This document shows, in pieces, positions 1 through 11,202 of a DNA stretch of 64,000 nucleotides; position 1 is the first letter of the stretch; every line of letters begins with the position of its first letter. The stretch is from an uncultured Alphaproteobacteria bacterium. Its GTDB lineage: Bacteria; Pseudomonadota; Alphaproteobacteria; HIMB59; GCA-002718135. The notes under the pieces were generated by a model that ran no database searches, was not told where the DNA came from, and was given only the letters and a program-made list of their open reading frames with translations. The position numbers and the translations under genes were made by a program. Where the stretch lies: the NCBI GenBank assembly GCA_902628645.1, contig CACONS010000006.1:1731-65730 (forward strand). The letters are read 5' to 3'.

Positions 1-2
1 AT

Positions 3-2516
3 ACAATTGATGAAGTAAAAAAAATTACATCAAAAACACAAAAAACTTTTCCAGAGAATGTTGAAATTTCTTTTGGTAATGATCAATCAAAAGGTATTAA
101 AACTATGTTAAATAGTCTGCAAAATAACGTCATTGCAGCTATAATACTTGTTTTAATTATAATCTTAGGAGCATTAGGAGTTAGATCAGGTTTATTAGTT
201 GGTGTATCTATACCAGGGTCTTTTTTATCAGGTTTGTTGGCACTTTCTGTAATGGGTTTTACAATTAATATAGTAGTATTATTTGCACTTATTTTATCTG
301 TTGGACTTTTGGTTGATGGGGCCATTGTTGTTGTGGAATATGCTGATAGAAAAATGAAAGAAGGGTTAAGTGTAAAAGAAGCTTTTGCTAATGCATCAAA
401 AAAGATGTCACTCCCAATAATATCATCAACGGCAACTACACTTGCAGCTTTTCTACCACTAATATTCTGGCCAGGAATTGCTGGTGAGTTTATGAAATAC
501 CTACCAATAACACTTATATGCGTTCTTATTTCTTCTTTGTTTATGGCACTACTTTTTGTTCCAGTTTTAGGATCAATTTTAAACACAGTATCAAGAATAC
601 TACTTCAATTTATTGTACCATTATTGATATCACTAATTTTTTATAATCTAATATCTTATGGATTTGGATTATTAGATCTTCAGAGATTTAGTTTATTTAT
701 TACAATTGGAAAATATTTACTCAGCTTTGCTTTATTTATATTTGTATTTATAAGAATAATACCAAGAGTTTATAAAATTTCAGAAAGTGTAAATTCTACA
801 GATAAATTAGTTAGTAAAAATGCTAAAATCTTATCTTCAGAGTCAAATGAACCTGTTTTAAATGTAACTGGTTTCGTAGGTTTTTATGCTAAATTATTAA
901 ACTTTTTATTATTTCATCCTCTAAAAGTGATGATTAGTGCCTTAGTGATACTAGTTGCAGTAAATTATACCTATACTCAAGTAGGAGAAGGTGTTGAATT
1001 TTTCCCAGATGTTGAACCAGATCTTGCAAAAATTGTTGTTTTTGCAAGAGGTAATCTTTCTGTTGAAGAAAAAAAAGATTATGTGTCAAGAGTTGAGAAT
1101 ATAATTTTAAAATTACAGTCAGAAAGACAGGAATTTAAAAATATTTACTCTTTAAGTGGAAATGTTAGTGAACAATCAGAAGCCTCTGAAGACTTTATTG
1201 GATCAATAAGTTTGGAATATACAGATTGGGATAAAAGAAGAAAATCTAAAGTAATTCTAGCAGAAATTTTGGAAGCCACAAAAAGTATAAATGGAATCAA
1301 AGTAGAATCAAGAGAGCAACAAGGTGGTCCTGGTGAAGGTAAGCCAATTAATATTAAATTAACTAGTGATAATAAAAAACTTTTAATTACTGAAGGTATT
1401 AAGCTTAAAAAATTTATGGATAATTATCCTAAATTAATGAACGTCGAAGATAATTTACCAGCTCCTGGGATAGAATGGGAAATAAATGTAGATAGAAAAC
1501 AAGCTTCTAAATTTGGAGCTAACATTTCATCTATAGGAAATGTTATAAAACTAGCAACTAATGGTCTTAAACTTGGGGAGTACAGACCAGATGATAGTAA
1601 TGAAAGTATTCCACTTTTTCTTCGCTACCCTAATGAAGGAAGAACACTTGATAGAATTGATAATTTAAGAGTAACTACTTCAAATGGTTTAGTTCCAATA
1701 TCCAATTTTGTTGAAATTGTTCCAAATAACAGAACAGGAAATATAATTAGAGTAGATTCAAAAAATGCTATAAATATTCAGGCAGATGTAGAGCCTGGAA
1801 CTTATCCTGATGGAAAAGTTAAAGAACTTGAGTATGTATTAGGAATTTCAGATACTGCTCCGTCTTGGAGGGGAAGAACACTAGATTTACCTCGTTATGA
1901 ATTAGATAACAAAGTAAGGGCTGAGCTTATTGGGGAAAATGAAGACCAAAAAGAAGCTCAAGAATTTTTAACAGGAGCTTTTGGTGTAGCTTTATTTTTA
2001 ATGCTAATGATACTTCTTTTACAGTTTAACAGTTTTTACAGTGCGTTTTTAATTCTTTTTGCAGTTGTAATGTCAACTGCTGGTGTATTTATAGGCTTAA
2101 TAGTTACAGCACAACCATTTGGTATTGTGATGTCAGGAGTTGGTGTAATTGCTCTCGCTGGTATAGTTGTAAATAATAATATCATATTGATTGATACATT
2201 TGATTTTTTAAAGACTAAAACATCAAATATAAGAGAAGCTATTATTAAAACAGGTGCACAGAGACTTAGACCAGTTTTACTTACAACAACCACAACAGTA
2301 CTAGGTTTACTACCTATGGTAACAATGACAAATGTTGACTTTATATCAAGAGAAATAACTAGAGGATCACCAGATACTCAGTGGTGGGTTCAATTATCAA
2401 CAGCTATAGTATTTGGACTACTATTTGCAACATTTCTTACATTAGTTGTAACACCATCAGCTTTAATGTTTAGAGAAAATATTAAAAATTGGTATAAGAA
2501 AAAAATTTCTAGTTAA
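3..2516 (+). CDS. RND-family efflux permease (AcrB/CzcA superfamily), C-terminal ~2/3; 5' end cut by window edge
   Basis: Reading frame is open from the window edge, so the ATG at 105 is internal. Has the RND TM4-type signature GLLVDGAIVVVE, a large soluble loop between TM blocks, and a C-terminal TM bundle with LRPVLLTTTTTVLGLLP. Confidence 0.85.
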   Translation, partial: TIDEVKKITSKTQKTFPENVEISFGNDQSKGIKTMLNSLQNNVIAAIILVLIIILGALGVRSGLLVGVSIPGSFLSGLLALSVMGFTINIVVLFALILSVGLLVDGAIVVVEYADRKMKEGLSVKEAFANASKKMSLPIISSTATTLAAFLPLIFWPGIAGEFMKYLPITLICVLISSLFMALLFVPVLGSILNTVSRILLQFIVPLLISLIFYNLISYGFGLLDLQRFSLFITIGKYLLSFALFIFVFIRIIPRVYKISESVNSTDKLVSKNAKILSSESNEPVLNVTGFVGFYAKLLNFLLFHPLKVMISALVILVAVNYTYTQVGEGVEFFPDVEPDLAKIVVFARGNLSVEEKKDYVSRVENIILKLQSERQEFKNIYSLSGNVSEQSEASEDFIGSISLEYTDWDKRRKSKVILAEILEATKSINGIKVESREQQGGPGEGKPINIKLTSDNKKLLITEGIKLKKFMDNYPKLMNVEDNLPAPGIEWEINVDRKQASKFGANISSIGNVIKLATNGLKLGEYRPDDSNESIPLFLRYPNEGRTLDRIDNLRVTTSNGLVPISNFVEIVPNNRTGNIIRVDSKNAINIQADVEPGTYPDGKVKELEYVLGISDTAPSWRGRTLDLPRYELDNKVRAELIGENEDQKEAQEFLTGAFGVALFLMLMILLLQFNSFYSAFLILFAVVMSTAGVFIGLIVTAQPFGIVMSGVGVIALAGIVVNNNIILIDTFDFLKTKTSNIREAIIKTGAQRLRPVLLTTTTTVLGLLPMVTMTNVDFISREITRGSPDTQWWVQLSTAIVFGLLFATFLTLVVTPSALMFRENIKNWYKKKISS

Positions 2517-2542
2517 ATTTTTTCTAATTATATTTTAAATAT

Positions 2543-3094
2543 ATGATTGTTAATTCTATTACTGTATATTGCTCATCTTCAGATAAATTGAGTAATAAAT
2601 ATTATAAAGATGCTGAAGAAATTAGCAAACTAATATCATCATTTAAAATAAATATTGTCTATGGTGGAGCAAAAGTTGGTATTATGGGTGTAGTTGCTAA
2701 GACTGCAATAGAGTCTAAAAATAAAGTAACTGGTGTAATACCAAATTTTTTATCTGAGAGAGAAATAATTTTTGAAAAAATAGATGAATTAAAAATAGTT
2801 GATAATATGTCTGAAAGAAAAAAATTACTCTTTGAGCTAGGTGATGCCTATTTAGCCTTACCAGGAGGAACTGGAACTTTAGAAGAAATAGTAGAAGTTG
2901 TATCTTGGAAAATAATGGGGATTCATAATAAGCCAATAATATTTTTTAATAAAAATAATTTCTGGGATAATCTATTTAAGCAATTTAAAATTTTTGAAGA
3001 TGAAAAATTTTCAAATAAAAATTTACAAAACAGTTTTCACATTATAGATACAGTTGATCAATTAAAAAATATATTTATTGAATGGCAAAAATAA
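2543..3094 (+). CDS. LOG-family (TIGR00730) nucleotide phosphoribohydrolase, often mis-annotated as lysine decarboxylase
   Basis: GGAKVGIMG and PGGTGTLEE motifs diagnostic of the LOG family; 183 aa. Confidence 0.85.
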   Translation: MIVNSITVYCSSSDKLSNKYYKDAEEISKLISSFKINIVYGGAKVGIMGVVAKTAIESKNKVTGVIPNFLSEREIIFEKIDELKIVDNMSERKKLLFELGDAYLALPGGTGTLEEIVEVVSWKIMGIHNKPIIFFNKNNFWDNLFKQFKIFEDEKFSNKNLQNSFHIIDTVDQLKNIFIEWQK

Positions 3095-4290
3095 AAGTTA
3101 AAAATCCTGTAGTTGAAATGGATGGAGATGAAATGACCAGGATTATCTGGGAATACATCAAAGAACAATTAATTTTGCCCTATCTTGATATAGATATCAA
3201 ATATTTTGATCTTGGAGTGATTAAAAGAGATGAAACAAATGATCAAATAACAATAGATGCTGCTGAGGCGGTGAAAAAATATGGTGTAGGAATAAAATGT
3301 GCAACAATTACTCCTGATGAAAATCGTGTAGAGGAATTCAAATTAAAACAAATGTGGCGTTCTCCCAATGGAACAATAAGAAATATACTGGGAGGAACAA
3401 TATTTAGACAACCAATTATATGCGAAAATGTTCCAAGAATAATAACAAACTGGAATCATCCAATTGTAGTTGCTAGACATGCCTTTGGTGATCAATATAG
3501 AGCGACTGACACATTAATTAATAAACCAGGGACACTTAAAATGGTTTTTGAACCTAAAGATGGATCTGAAGGATTTACAAAAAATGTATATGAATTTGAA
3601 AAATCTGGCGTAGCCCTATCAATGTATAACTTAGATAATTCAATTAAAGACTTTGCTAGAGCTTGTTTTAATTATGGACTTAACCTTGGTTGGCCAGTTT
3701 ACCTTTCTACTAAAAATACTATTTTAAAAGTCTACGATGGAAGATTTAAAGATTTATTTCAGGATGTATTTGATACTGAATTTAAAAATAAGTTTAAAGA
3801 AAAAGACATAGTTTATGAGCATAGATTAATCGATGATATGGTGGCCTCAGCTTTAAAATGGGAGGGTAATTTTATTTGGGCTTGTAAAAATTATGATGGA
3901 GATGTTCAATCAGATTCTGTTGCTCAAGGATTTGGATCACTAGGTTTAATGACAAGTGTGTTAATGACCCCAGATGGTAAAACAGTAGAAGCTGAGGCTG
4001 CACATGGAACTGTTACAAGACATTATAGAAATCATCAGAAAGGTATAGAAACTTCAACTAATCCTATAGCATCAATCTTTGCTTGGACAAGAGGTTTAAG
4101 TTTTAGAGGAGAATTTGATGGTAATAATGAATTAATAGATTTTGCTAAAAAATTAGAAGAAACGTGTATCAAAACTGTAGAAAGTGGTGAAATGACAAAA
4201 GATCTAGCAATATTAATTAACAAAGATCAGAAATGGTTAAACACTCAAGATTTTTTAAGCGCAATAAAAAACAATTTTCAAATTAACTAA
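3082..4290 (+). CDS. icd: NADP-dependent isocitrate dehydrogenase, eukaryote-like homodimeric type
   Basis: 402 aa. N-terminus [23 protein letters not shown], plus [13 protein letters not shown] and HGTVTRHYR, are typical of IDH1/2-type enzymes of Alphaproteobacteria. Overlaps the LOG gene by 13 nt. Confidence 0.92.
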   Translation: MAKIKVKNPVVEMDGDEMTRIIWEYIKEQLILPYLDIDIKYFDLGVIKRDETNDQITIDAAEAVKKYGVGIKCATITPDENRVEEFKLKQMWRSPNGTIRNILGGTIFRQPIICENVPRIITNWNHPIVVARHAFGDQYRATDTLINKPGTLKMVFEPKDGSEGFTKNVYEFEKSGVALSMYNLDNSIKDFARACFNYGLNLGWPVYLSTKNTILKVYDGRFKDLFQDVFDTEFKNKFKEKDIVYEHRLIDDMVASALKWEGNFIWACKNYDGDVQSDSVAQGFGSLGLMTSVLMTPDGKTVEAEAAHGTVTRHYRNHQKGIETSTNPIASIFAWTRGLSFRGEFDGNNELIDFAKKLEETCIKTVESGEMTKDLAILINKDQKWLNTQDFLSAIKNNFQIN

Positions 4291-6955
4291 TAGAATTTAA
4301 TCTATCTTCTACGTATTTTATACTCTCATTAATTTGACTAACATTCGATCCTCCTCCTTGAGCAAGATCTTTTCTACCACCCCCACCCTTGCCGCCTAGA
4401 ATAATCGAAATTTCTCTTATTTCTTTTGAAGCATCAAAAAGGTCTGTAATATCTTCTGTAACTCCTAACACTATAGATAGTTTGTTATCATTATTTGAAA
4501 TTATTAACGAAACACTATTTTTGTTATATTGTTTTTTTTGCTCATCAATAAATGTTTTCAAAAATTTATTAGGGTAGTCTTCGGCAACCAGGTATATAAA
4601 ATTTAATTCTTTGATTTTTTTTACAACAATATTATCAATATTTTTTGATATAGAGATATTTTGTTTTAATTTTTCGTGTATCTGAATTAATTCTTTAATT
4701 AAAAAACCTTTGTCTTCAGATAGATTTTTAAAATTATAATCAGCATTAATATTTTTAATTTTATTCTTTAAATCTTCAATTTGATTATCTTGGTTTTTAT
4801 TTTTTTCTAATAAATTTCTTTCTATTTCTTTAATATATTTATCCACTGCAACATTAGATACAGCTTCTATTCTTCTTATTCCAGACGCAACACTAGATTG
4901 ATTAGTTATTTTAAATTTACTTATTTCCCCTAATTTAACAACATGAGTTCCTCCGCATAATTCTTTTGAAAAGAATGATTCATTTTCTCGACCCATTGTT
5001 ACTACTCTTACTTCATCGCTATATTTTTCTCCAAACAATGCCATCGCACCTTCTTCAATAGCTTTTTTTTGATCAACAACCTTAATTTCAACAATTCCAT
5101 CTTTTTGAATTTGATCATTTACAATTTCCTCAACATTTTTGAGTTGATCTTTTTCAATTGGATTATTGTGGCTAAAATCAAATCTGAGTTTTTCTGAATT
5201 TACAAGTGAACCTTTCTGCGTGACATGCTTGCCCAGTATTTTTCTAAGAGCAGCATGTAATAAATGAGTTGATGAATGATTATATTTAATAAAATCTCTA
5301 TTCACTGTATTAATGCTTGCTTTAATTGTATCTTCAATTTCGCATTCACCTCTAATTACTTTACCTTTGTGAAGAAAATAGTTTCCAAATATTTTTGTAG
5401 TATTCATAACTTCAAACTTAAAGTTATCATTTTCAAAAAAACCTTGGTCACCCACCTGACCACCACTTTCTCCATAAAAAGGTGTTTGATTTAATAATAT
5501 AATTGCTTCTTGATCTTTTTTAATTTTATCTACTGACTTACTTTCTGATATGATTGAAATTATTTTACAATCAGCTTCCATTTCTGAATATCCTAAAAAT
5601 TCTGTAGACTCTATTTTAGAAGTTATTTCAAACCAAATGCTGTCATCCTGAATGTCTCCTGTACCTTTCCAGCTTTGTCTTGCTCTTTCCTTCTGATCTA
5701 ACATTTTTTGCTCAAATGTTTTTATATCGACTTCAATATTTTTACTTTTTAAATAATCTTGTGTTAAATCTAATGGAAATCCATATGTATCATATAATTT
5801 GAATGCTACTTCTCCATTAAAAATATTTGTTGAGTTAGAAATTTCCTCATCTAAAATTTTTATACCTTTTTCAACTGTTTCTTTGAATTTTGTTTCTTCA
5901 TTAATCAATGTATTCATAATGAGATCTTTTGCCCTGTCTAATTCAGGATATGAATTTTTAATTCCATTTAGAAAAATAGGAAATAGTTTGTGAAATACAG
6001 GATCTTTATTCCCTAAAGAATGTGCATGTCGCATACCTCTTCTCATTATTCTCCTTAAAACATATCCCCTACCTTCATTTGAAGGCATTACTCCATCAGC
6101 AATTAAAAAGGAGGATGATTTTAAGTGATCTGCAATAACTCTATGACTAGGATTATTAAATGAACTTTCATTTCCACAAAGTTTTGTTGATTCATTTATT
6201 ATTGGTTGAAATAAATCTGTTGAATAATTATCGTTAGAACCTTCTAGAAGAGCAGTTATTCTCTCTAATCCCATTCCAGTATCAATAGAGGGTTTTGGTA
6301 GATTTATTCTCTCAGATTTTGATATTTGCTCAAATTGCATAAAAACTAAATTCCAAATTTCTATGAATCTATCACCATCTTCATTTGGAGATCCTGGTGG
6401 ACCTCCTTCATATTTATCACCATGATCATAAAATATTTCGGAACATGGACCACACGGGCCAGTTTCACCCATTGACCAAAAATTATCTGATGTACTTATC
6501 TTTATAATTTTACTTTCTGACAATCCGGCTATTTTTTTCCATAAATCAAAAGCTTCTTGATCCTCTGAATAAACAGTTACCAAAAGTCTATCTTTGTTTA
6601 TTGAATATTCTTTGGTAATTAGTTTCCAGGCTAATTCTATTGCAAGTTCTTTAAAGTAATCTCCAAAAGAAAAATTACCTAACATTTCAAAAAATGTATG
6701 GTGTCTTGTCGTATATCCTACATTTTCTAAATCGTTATGTTTACCACCCGCTCTTACACATTTTTGCGCAGTAGTTGCTCTATTATAATCTCTTGTCTCT
6801 TTACCTGTAAAAATATTTTTAAATTGAACCATTCCAGAATTAGCAAACATTAGAGAAGGATCATTATCTGGAACTAGAGAGCTAGAATGAATAATCTCAT
6901 GTCCATTTTTTTTAAAATAATTGAGAAATGTTGACCTAATCTGATTTGAATTCAT
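4283..6955 (-). CDS. alaS: alanine--tRNA ligase
   Basis: 890 aa. Has [18 protein letters not shown], editing-domain HSSTHLLH and CGGTH motifs, and a C-terminal GGKGGGG (DHHA1) motif. Its 3' end overlaps the icd stop by 8 nt (convergent). Confidence 0.96.
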   Translation of the reverse strand: MNSNQIRSTFLNYFKKNGHEIIHSSSLVPDNDPSLMFANSGMVQFKNIFTGKETRDYNRATTAQKCVRAGGKHNDLENVGYTTRHHTFFEMLGNFSFGDYFKELAIELAWKLITKEYSINKDRLLVTVYSEDQEAFDLWKKIAGLSESKIIKISTSDNFWSMGETGPCGPCSEIFYDHGDKYEGGPPGSPNEDGDRFIEIWNLVFMQFEQISKSERINLPKPSIDTGMGLERITALLEGSNDNYSTDLFQPIINESTKLCGNESSFNNPSHRVIADHLKSSSFLIADGVMPSNEGRGYVLRRIMRRGMRHAHSLGNKDPVFHKLFPIFLNGIKNSYPELDRAKDLIMNTLINEETKFKETVEKGIKILDEEISNSTNIFNGEVAFKLYDTYGFPLDLTQDYLKSKNIEVDIKTFEQKMLDQKERARQSWKGTGDIQDDSIWFEITSKIESTEFLGYSEMEADCKIISIISESKSVDKIKKDQEAIILLNQTPFYGESGGQVGDQGFFENDNFKFEVMNTTKIFGNYFLHKGKVIRGECEIEDTIKASINTVNRDFIKYNHSSTHLLHAALRKILGKHVTQKGSLVNSEKLRFDFSHNNPIEKDQLKNVEEIVNDQIQKDGIVEIKVVDQKKAIEEGAMALFGEKYSDEVRVVTMGRENESFFSKELCGGTHVVKLGEISKFKITNQSSVASGIRRIEAVSNVAVDKYIKEIERNLLEKNKNQDNQIEDLKNKIKNINADYNFKNLSEDKGFLIKELIQIHEKLKQNISISKNIDNIVVKKIKELNFIYLVAEDYPNKFLKTFIDEQKKQYNKNSVSLIISNNDNKLSIVLGVTEDITDLFDASKEIREISIILGGKGGGGRKDLAQGGGSNVSQINESIKYVEDRLNSIS

Positions 6956-6990
6956 GACAAGGTATTATAACTTGAAAACTATATTGTCTA

Positions 6991-7022
6991 AATAAAAAAG
7001 CGCCTATTTTGAAATAGGCGCT
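6991..7022 (-). terminator. rho-independent terminator downstream of recA
   Basis: On the minus strand: AGCGCCTATTT-CA-AAATAGGCGCT (11-bp inverted repeat) followed by TTTTTATT. Confidence 0.8.
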
Positions 7023-7041
7023 AGTCAAAAAATAATATTTA

Positions 7042-8145
7042 TTATTCTTTTATTTCTTCTGATTCTTTTTCTTTTTCTTTATTCTCAACTTTTCCTTCCA
7101 TCATAGCTTTTTCAACTATTCCAGCATTCTGAAGAATTTGATTTTCAATTTCTTTAGCTATTGTTGGGTTATCATTAAGAAAGCTTTTAACATTTTCTCT
7201 GCCTTGCCCTATTTTAGTGTTTTTGTATGCAAACCATGATCCTGATTTATCAATGATTTCTGCTTTAACACCTAAATCAACTAATTCTCCTAATTTAGAT
7301 ATACCCTCCCCATACATTATATCAAATTCAACAACTTTAAATGGAGGTGCAACTTTATTTTTAACTATTTTTACTCTAGTTTGATTTCCAATGATTTCAT
7401 CTTTATCCTTAATTGCACCAATTCTTCTAATATCCATTCTTACTGAAGAATAAAACTTTAAAGCATTACCACCTGTAGTTGTCTCAGGACTACCAAACAT
7501 AACGCCTATTTTCATTCTAAGTTGATTTATAAACACAACTAAAGTGTTTGATTGTGCAATAGAGCTTGTAAGTTTTCTTAAAGCCTGACTCATCAATCTT
7601 GCTTGCAAACCAGGCAGGGAGTCTCCCATATCACCTTCTAGTTCAGCTCTTGGTACAAGTGCAGCAACTGAATCAATAATTAGAACATCAATACCACCGG
7701 ATTTAATTAAAGAATCAGCAATTTCTAAACCCTGTTCTCCCGTATCAGGCTGAGAAATTAGTAATTCTTCCAAATTTACACCTAATTTCTTTGCATATGC
7801 TGGGTCTAAAGCATGCTCTGCATCTATAAATGCACAATTACCACCTTTTTTTTGTGACTCTGCAACAATATGAGTAGCTAAAGTAGTTTTACCAGAACTT
7901 TCTGGTCCATAAATTTCAATAATTCTACCTTTTGGAACTCCACCAATACCAAGAGCTATATCAAGCCCTAACGAACCAGTAGAGATTGCTTCAATATCTA
8001 CGTTTGTTTTAGAGCCCAATTTCATTATTGAGCCTTTTCCATAATTTTTCTCTATTAAACTTACAGCGGCTTCTAGAGATTTACTTCTGTTTTCTTTATC
8101 CATCGAATTTTCGTTATTTACTACTTTTAATTTAGCTTGAGACAT
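7042..8145 (-). CDS. recA: recombinase RecA
   Basis: Walker [38 protein letters not shown], and an acidic C-terminal tail. The start could instead be the internal Met at 8103. Confidence 0.97.
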   Translation of the reverse strand: MSQAKLKVVNNENSMDKENRSKSLEAAVSLIEKNYGKGSIMKLGSKTNVDIEAISTGSLGLDIALGIGGVPKGRIIEIYGPESSGKTTLATHIVAESQKKGGNCAFIDAEHALDPAYAKKLGVNLEELLISQPDTGEQGLEIADSLIKSGGIDVLIIDSVAALVPRAELEGDMGDSLPGLQARLMSQALRKLTSSIAQSNTLVVFINQLRMKIGVMFGSPETTTGGNALKFYSSVRMDIRRIGAIKDKDEIIGNQTRVKIVKNKVAPPFKVVEFDIMYGEGISKLGELVDLGVKAEIIDKSGSWFAYKNTKIGQGRENVKSFLNDNPTIAKEIENQILQNAGIVEKAMMEGKVENKEKEKESEEIKE

Positions 8146-8215
8146 TACTTTTCTCCATTAATTTCCTATGTTTTTGTTAAGATTCGTGCAAATCATGTTT
8201 ACTTGTACACGTTTT

Positions 8216-8245
8216 GTTCTACTTTTAAAAGTTCTATTTTTGTTC
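8216..8245. promoter_or_regulatory. GTTC direct repeats (GTTC-N11-GTTC-N7-GTTC) upstream of recA; candidate alphaproteobacterial LexA (SOS) box
   Basis: GTTC at 8216-8219, 8231-8234 and 8242-8245. The last two have the GTTC-N7-GTTC spacing (GAAC-N7-GAAC on the recA strand), 86-100 nt upstream of the recA start. Confidence 0.4.
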
Positions 8246-8359
8246 TTTTATGAAAATTAAGTTAATTTATTGAAAAATAATAATTATTTATATCTAATAA
8301 AACTTTAATATTGCTTGAATAAATAAAATCATTTGATAAGTCAGCACCGTTTTAAAATT

Positions 8360-8767
8360 ATGACTAAACTACCAAAAAATTATAAACCAACTCAAAAAGA
8401 AAAATTCATGAATGCCAAAATGAAAGAATATTTTAGGCAAAAATTATTAAGTTGGAAAAAAGATTTATTAAAGGAATCATCCCAAACTTTAAATAACCTC
8501 CAAAATGAGAATGAAGCAAAACCTGATATAACTGATAGAGCATCTGAAGAAATAAATAGATCTTTTGAGCTCAGAACAAGGGATAGAGAAAGAAAACTAA
8601 TTAATAAAATCGATGCAGCCCTTCAAAGAATTGAAGATGGATCATATGGGTATTGTGATGAAACAGGTGATCCGATTAGTATTAAAAGATTAGAAGCAAG
8701 ACCTGTAGCAACCTTGAGTTTAGAAGCTCAAGAGATGCATGAAAAAGCTGAAAAAAGAATTAACTAG
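8360..8767 (+). CDS. dksA: RNA polymerase-binding transcription factor DksA (single-Cys, zinc-finger-degenerate variant)
   Basis: Coiled-coil tip DITDRA (DxxDxA) and C-terminal YGYCDETGDPISIKRLEARPVATLSLEAQ, homologous to the E. coli CxxC-N17-CxxC region. The ATG at 8360 is preferred over the TTG at 8333. Confidence 0.85.
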   Translation: MTKLPKNYKPTQKEKFMNAKMKEYFRQKLLSWKKDLLKESSQTLNNLQNENEAKPDITDRASEEINRSFELRTRDRERKLINKIDAALQRIEDGSYGYCDETGDPISIKRLEARPVATLSLEAQEMHEKAEKRIN

Positions 8768-8779
8768 TTTTAGAAAATT

Positions 8780-8977
8780 ATGTCTAATATTTATATAGGC
8801 GACCTTACTCCAGGTACGTTTGTTATTAATGTAGATAAAGAAAAAGAATGGGGTATTGGACAAGTTCAATCGTCAATAGATAATAAGATAACTATTAATT
8901 TTGAAAATGTTGGAAAAAAAACTATCAACCCAAAAGAAGTTGAATTAAAATTGATTAATATTAATGGAACTGATTGA
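8780..8977 (+). CDS. small conserved hypothetical protein (65 aa; resembles DUF3553-type small proteins from memory)
   Basis: Compact ORF filling the dksA-moaA gap, with a WGIGQVQS...ITINFE core. Overlaps moaA by 14 nt. Confidence 0.45.
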   Translation: MSNIYIGDLTPGTFVINVDKEKEWGIGQVQSSIDNKITINFENVGKKTINPKEVELKLININGTD

Positions 8978-9956
8978 TCAATATTTAAGAAAAGTTAATT
9001 ATCTTAGAGTCTCCATCACTGATAGATGTGATCTAAGATGTGTTTATTGTATGAAAGAAAAAATGCAATTTCTACCGAGAAAAGATATTTTAACTTTAGA
9101 AGAGATAGAGAGAATTTGTGATAACTTTATTGATTTAGGTGTAGAAAAAATTAGACTTACTGGTGGGGAGCCTTTGGTAAGAAGAGATATACTAAAATTA
9201 ATTGAGAAACTAAATAACAAAAAAAATTTTACAAATTTAAAAGAAATAACTCTTACAACTAATGGCACACTTTTAAAAAAATATGCAAAAGAATTAAAAT
9301 TAAATGGTGTAGATAGAATTAATGTGTCTTTAGATACAATTAATTCTGAGAAGTATAATATAATAACAAGATTTGGAAATATTGAAAAAGTATTTGATGG
9401 AATAAATGAAGCTCTAGATGCTGATATTAAAATTAAAATTAATACAGTTGTAATTAAAGATTTTAATGAAAATGAAATAGAGGATTTAATCGAATGGACA
9501 GATAATAAAAAGATTGATCTTACTTTTATTGAGGTAATGCCAATGGAAGAAACAGATATTTCTAGAGAATATCAATTTGTATCACTTTCAGAAACTTTTG
9601 AAAAATTAAATAAAAAGTATAATTTTTTAATTAGTAATCATAATACTGGTGGGCCAGCAAGATATTATACAAGTAATTTATTATCTACAAAAATAGGATT
9701 TATCAGCCCCTTAACAAATAACTTTTGTGCAACATGTAATAGAGTAAGAATATCAAGCACTGGAAAACTATTTATGTGCCTTGGTCAAAATGATTATGTT
9801 GATTTTAGAGAAATTATGCGAAAAGACTTCAGCGATGATTATATTAAAGAAAAAATTAGATTTGCTTTAAATATAAAACCTAAAAATCATGATTTTATGA
9901 TTGGAACAAAAATTAACAAATATATGAAAAGACACATGAATGTTACAGGTGGATAA
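8964..9956 (+). CDS. moaA: GTP 3',8-cyclase (molybdenum cofactor biosynthesis protein A)
   Basis: Radical-SAM CDLRCVYC motif, a GGEPL motif, and a second C-terminal cluster CATCNRVRISSTGKLFMC. Confidence 0.92.
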   Translation: MELIDQYLRKVNYLRVSITDRCDLRCVYCMKEKMQFLPRKDILTLEEIERICDNFIDLGVEKIRLTGGEPLVRRDILKLIEKLNNKKNFTNLKEITLTTNGTLLKKYAKELKLNGVDRINVSLDTINSEKYNIITRFGNIEKVFDGINEALDADIKIKINTVVIKDFNENEIEDLIEWTDNKKIDLTFIEVMPMEETDISREYQFVSLSETFEKLNKKYNFLISNHNTGGPARYYTSNLLSTKIGFISPLTNNFCATCNRVRISSTGKLFMCLGQNDYVDFREIMRKDFSDDYIKEKIRFALNIKPKNHDFMIGTKINKYMKRHMNVTGG

Positions 9957-10714
9957 TGAAATTTCATTTTTTATCTTCAAATAACCCAGAGGCTAAAGAA
10001 GCCGAAAAAAAACTAATAAATATACATGGTCAAAATTCAGTTGATGAAGCTGATTATATTATACCAATTGGAGGAGATGGTTTACTTTTAAGATCTCTAC
10101 ATAGTTTTAATGAATTAAATAAGCCTTTTTTTGGAATAAATTTTGGTTCAATTGGTTTTTTAATGAATAATATTAGTGATGAAGATTTAAAAGATATGAT
10201 TAACAATGCTAAAAAATCAATTTTCAAACCTTTGAAAATGTCAGCTTTAAGCAATAATAACGAAAAATTTGAGGCATATGCCTATAATGAAGTTTCACTA
10301 ATGAGACAAACTCACTTAGCATCTAAAATTAAGATTAAAATTAACAACCAAGTAAAAATGGAAGAATTAATTTGTGATGGTGTCTTATTATCTACTTCTG
10401 CAGGTAGTACTGCGTATAATTTATCTGCTCACGGAAGTATATTGCCCTTAGATTCAAATATATTAGCCTTAACACCTATTAGTGCATTTAGACCGCGAAG
10501 ATGGAGAGGAGCACTTCTCTCAGAAATAAGTAAAATAGAATTTGAAGTTCTTGAAAATAGTGATCGTTCTTCAAGTGTAACTGCAGATAATGTAGAATTT
10601 AGAAATATAAATAAAGTAAATATTTCATCTTCTGATGAAAATAAATGCACTGTATTATTTGATAGTAAGCATTCTATTGAAGATAAAATTTTAAATGAGC
10701 AATTTAATTTTTAA
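9956..10714 (+). CDS. nadK: NAD+ kinase
   Basis: GGDGLLL and STSAGSTAYNLSAHG motifs. The start shares 1 nt with the moaA stop (TAATG). Confidence 0.9.
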   Translation: MKFHFLSSNNPEAKEAEKKLINIHGQNSVDEADYIIPIGGDGLLLRSLHSFNELNKPFFGINFGSIGFLMNNISDEDLKDMINNAKKSIFKPLKMSALSNNNEKFEAYAYNEVSLMRQTHLASKIKIKINNQVKMEELICDGVLLSTSAGSTAYNLSAHGSILPLDSNILALTPISAFRPRRWRGALLSEISKIEFEVLENSDRSSSVTADNVEFRNINKVNISSSDENKCTVLFDSKHSIEDKILNEQFNF

Positions 10715-10715
10715 A

Positions 10716-11090
10716 TCAAATTTTTTTAAAAATACAAATCTTGTTACCATCTAAATCCCTTAAATATGCATAGTAATCTTTTCCATGTCTTGGTCCTGGG
10801 ATGCCTTCATCTTTTGCTCCAAGTCTAATTCCAATTTTATAAAATTCATTAACAGTTTTTTTTGAATTAGCTTTGAAAGTAATCATAGTACCATTTCCTA
10901 TAGTTGCTTTTTTTTTATTGTGAGGTTTAATTAAGTAGAGTTCTATTTTTTTAGGAGACTCTTTTTTAGCATAACCAAAATAACGATTATGAGATAATAC
11001 TTTTTTAATTTTTAGAGGTTTTAATATCTTACTGTAAAATTCTGATGATTTTTTTAAATTATTTGTTCCAATTGTAATAAATGCAAACAT
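10716..11090 (-). CDS. VOC (glyoxalase/bleomycin-resistance/dioxygenase) superfamily protein
   Basis: 124 aa with a beta-alpha-beta-beta-beta style pattern, ending ...YYAYLRDLDGNKICIF as is typical of VOC folds. Confidence 0.6.
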   Translation of the reverse strand: MFAFITIGTNNLKKSSEFYSKILKPLKIKKVLSHNRYFGYAKKESPKKIELYLIKPHNKKKATIGNGTMITFKANSKKTVNEFYKIGIRLGAKDEGIPGPRHGKDYYAYLRDLDGNKICIFKKI

Positions 11091-11101
11091 AATTTAAAGC
11101 T

Positions 11102-11186
11102 TGGTAGCCTCGGCCGGACTTGAACCGGCACTCCCAAAAGGGCAAGGATTTTAAGTCCTTTGTGTCTACCATTCCACCACGAGGCC
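11102..11186 (-). tRNA. tRNA-Leu (anticodon UAA), class II with long variable arm, CCA encoded
   Basis: Reverse complement reads GGCCTCGTGGTGGAATGGTAGACACAAAGGACTTAAAATCCTTGCCCTTTTGGGAGTGCCGGTTCAAGTCCGGCCGAGGCTACCA. It has a 7-bp acceptor stem (G1-U72 wobble), a T-loop GGTTCAAGTCC, and an anticodon loop CT-TAA-AA. Confidence 0.92.
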
Positions 11187-11202
11187 TATTTTTGGACTAT
11201 TA

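Noticed and set aside
83-586. 167-aa minus-strand ORF
   Set aside because: It lies entirely antisense to the RND permease gene, which has clear family motifs. Its low-complexity product and lack of independent signals mark it as a shadow ORF of AT-rich DNA.
8333-8359. TTG-initiated extension of dksA; also the extensions at 52819-52848 (dmdA-like) and 53924-53971 (OsmC-like)
   Set aside because: The internal ATGs give N-termini matching the family and sit 1 nt after the upstream stop codons. The extensions overlap the preceding genes.
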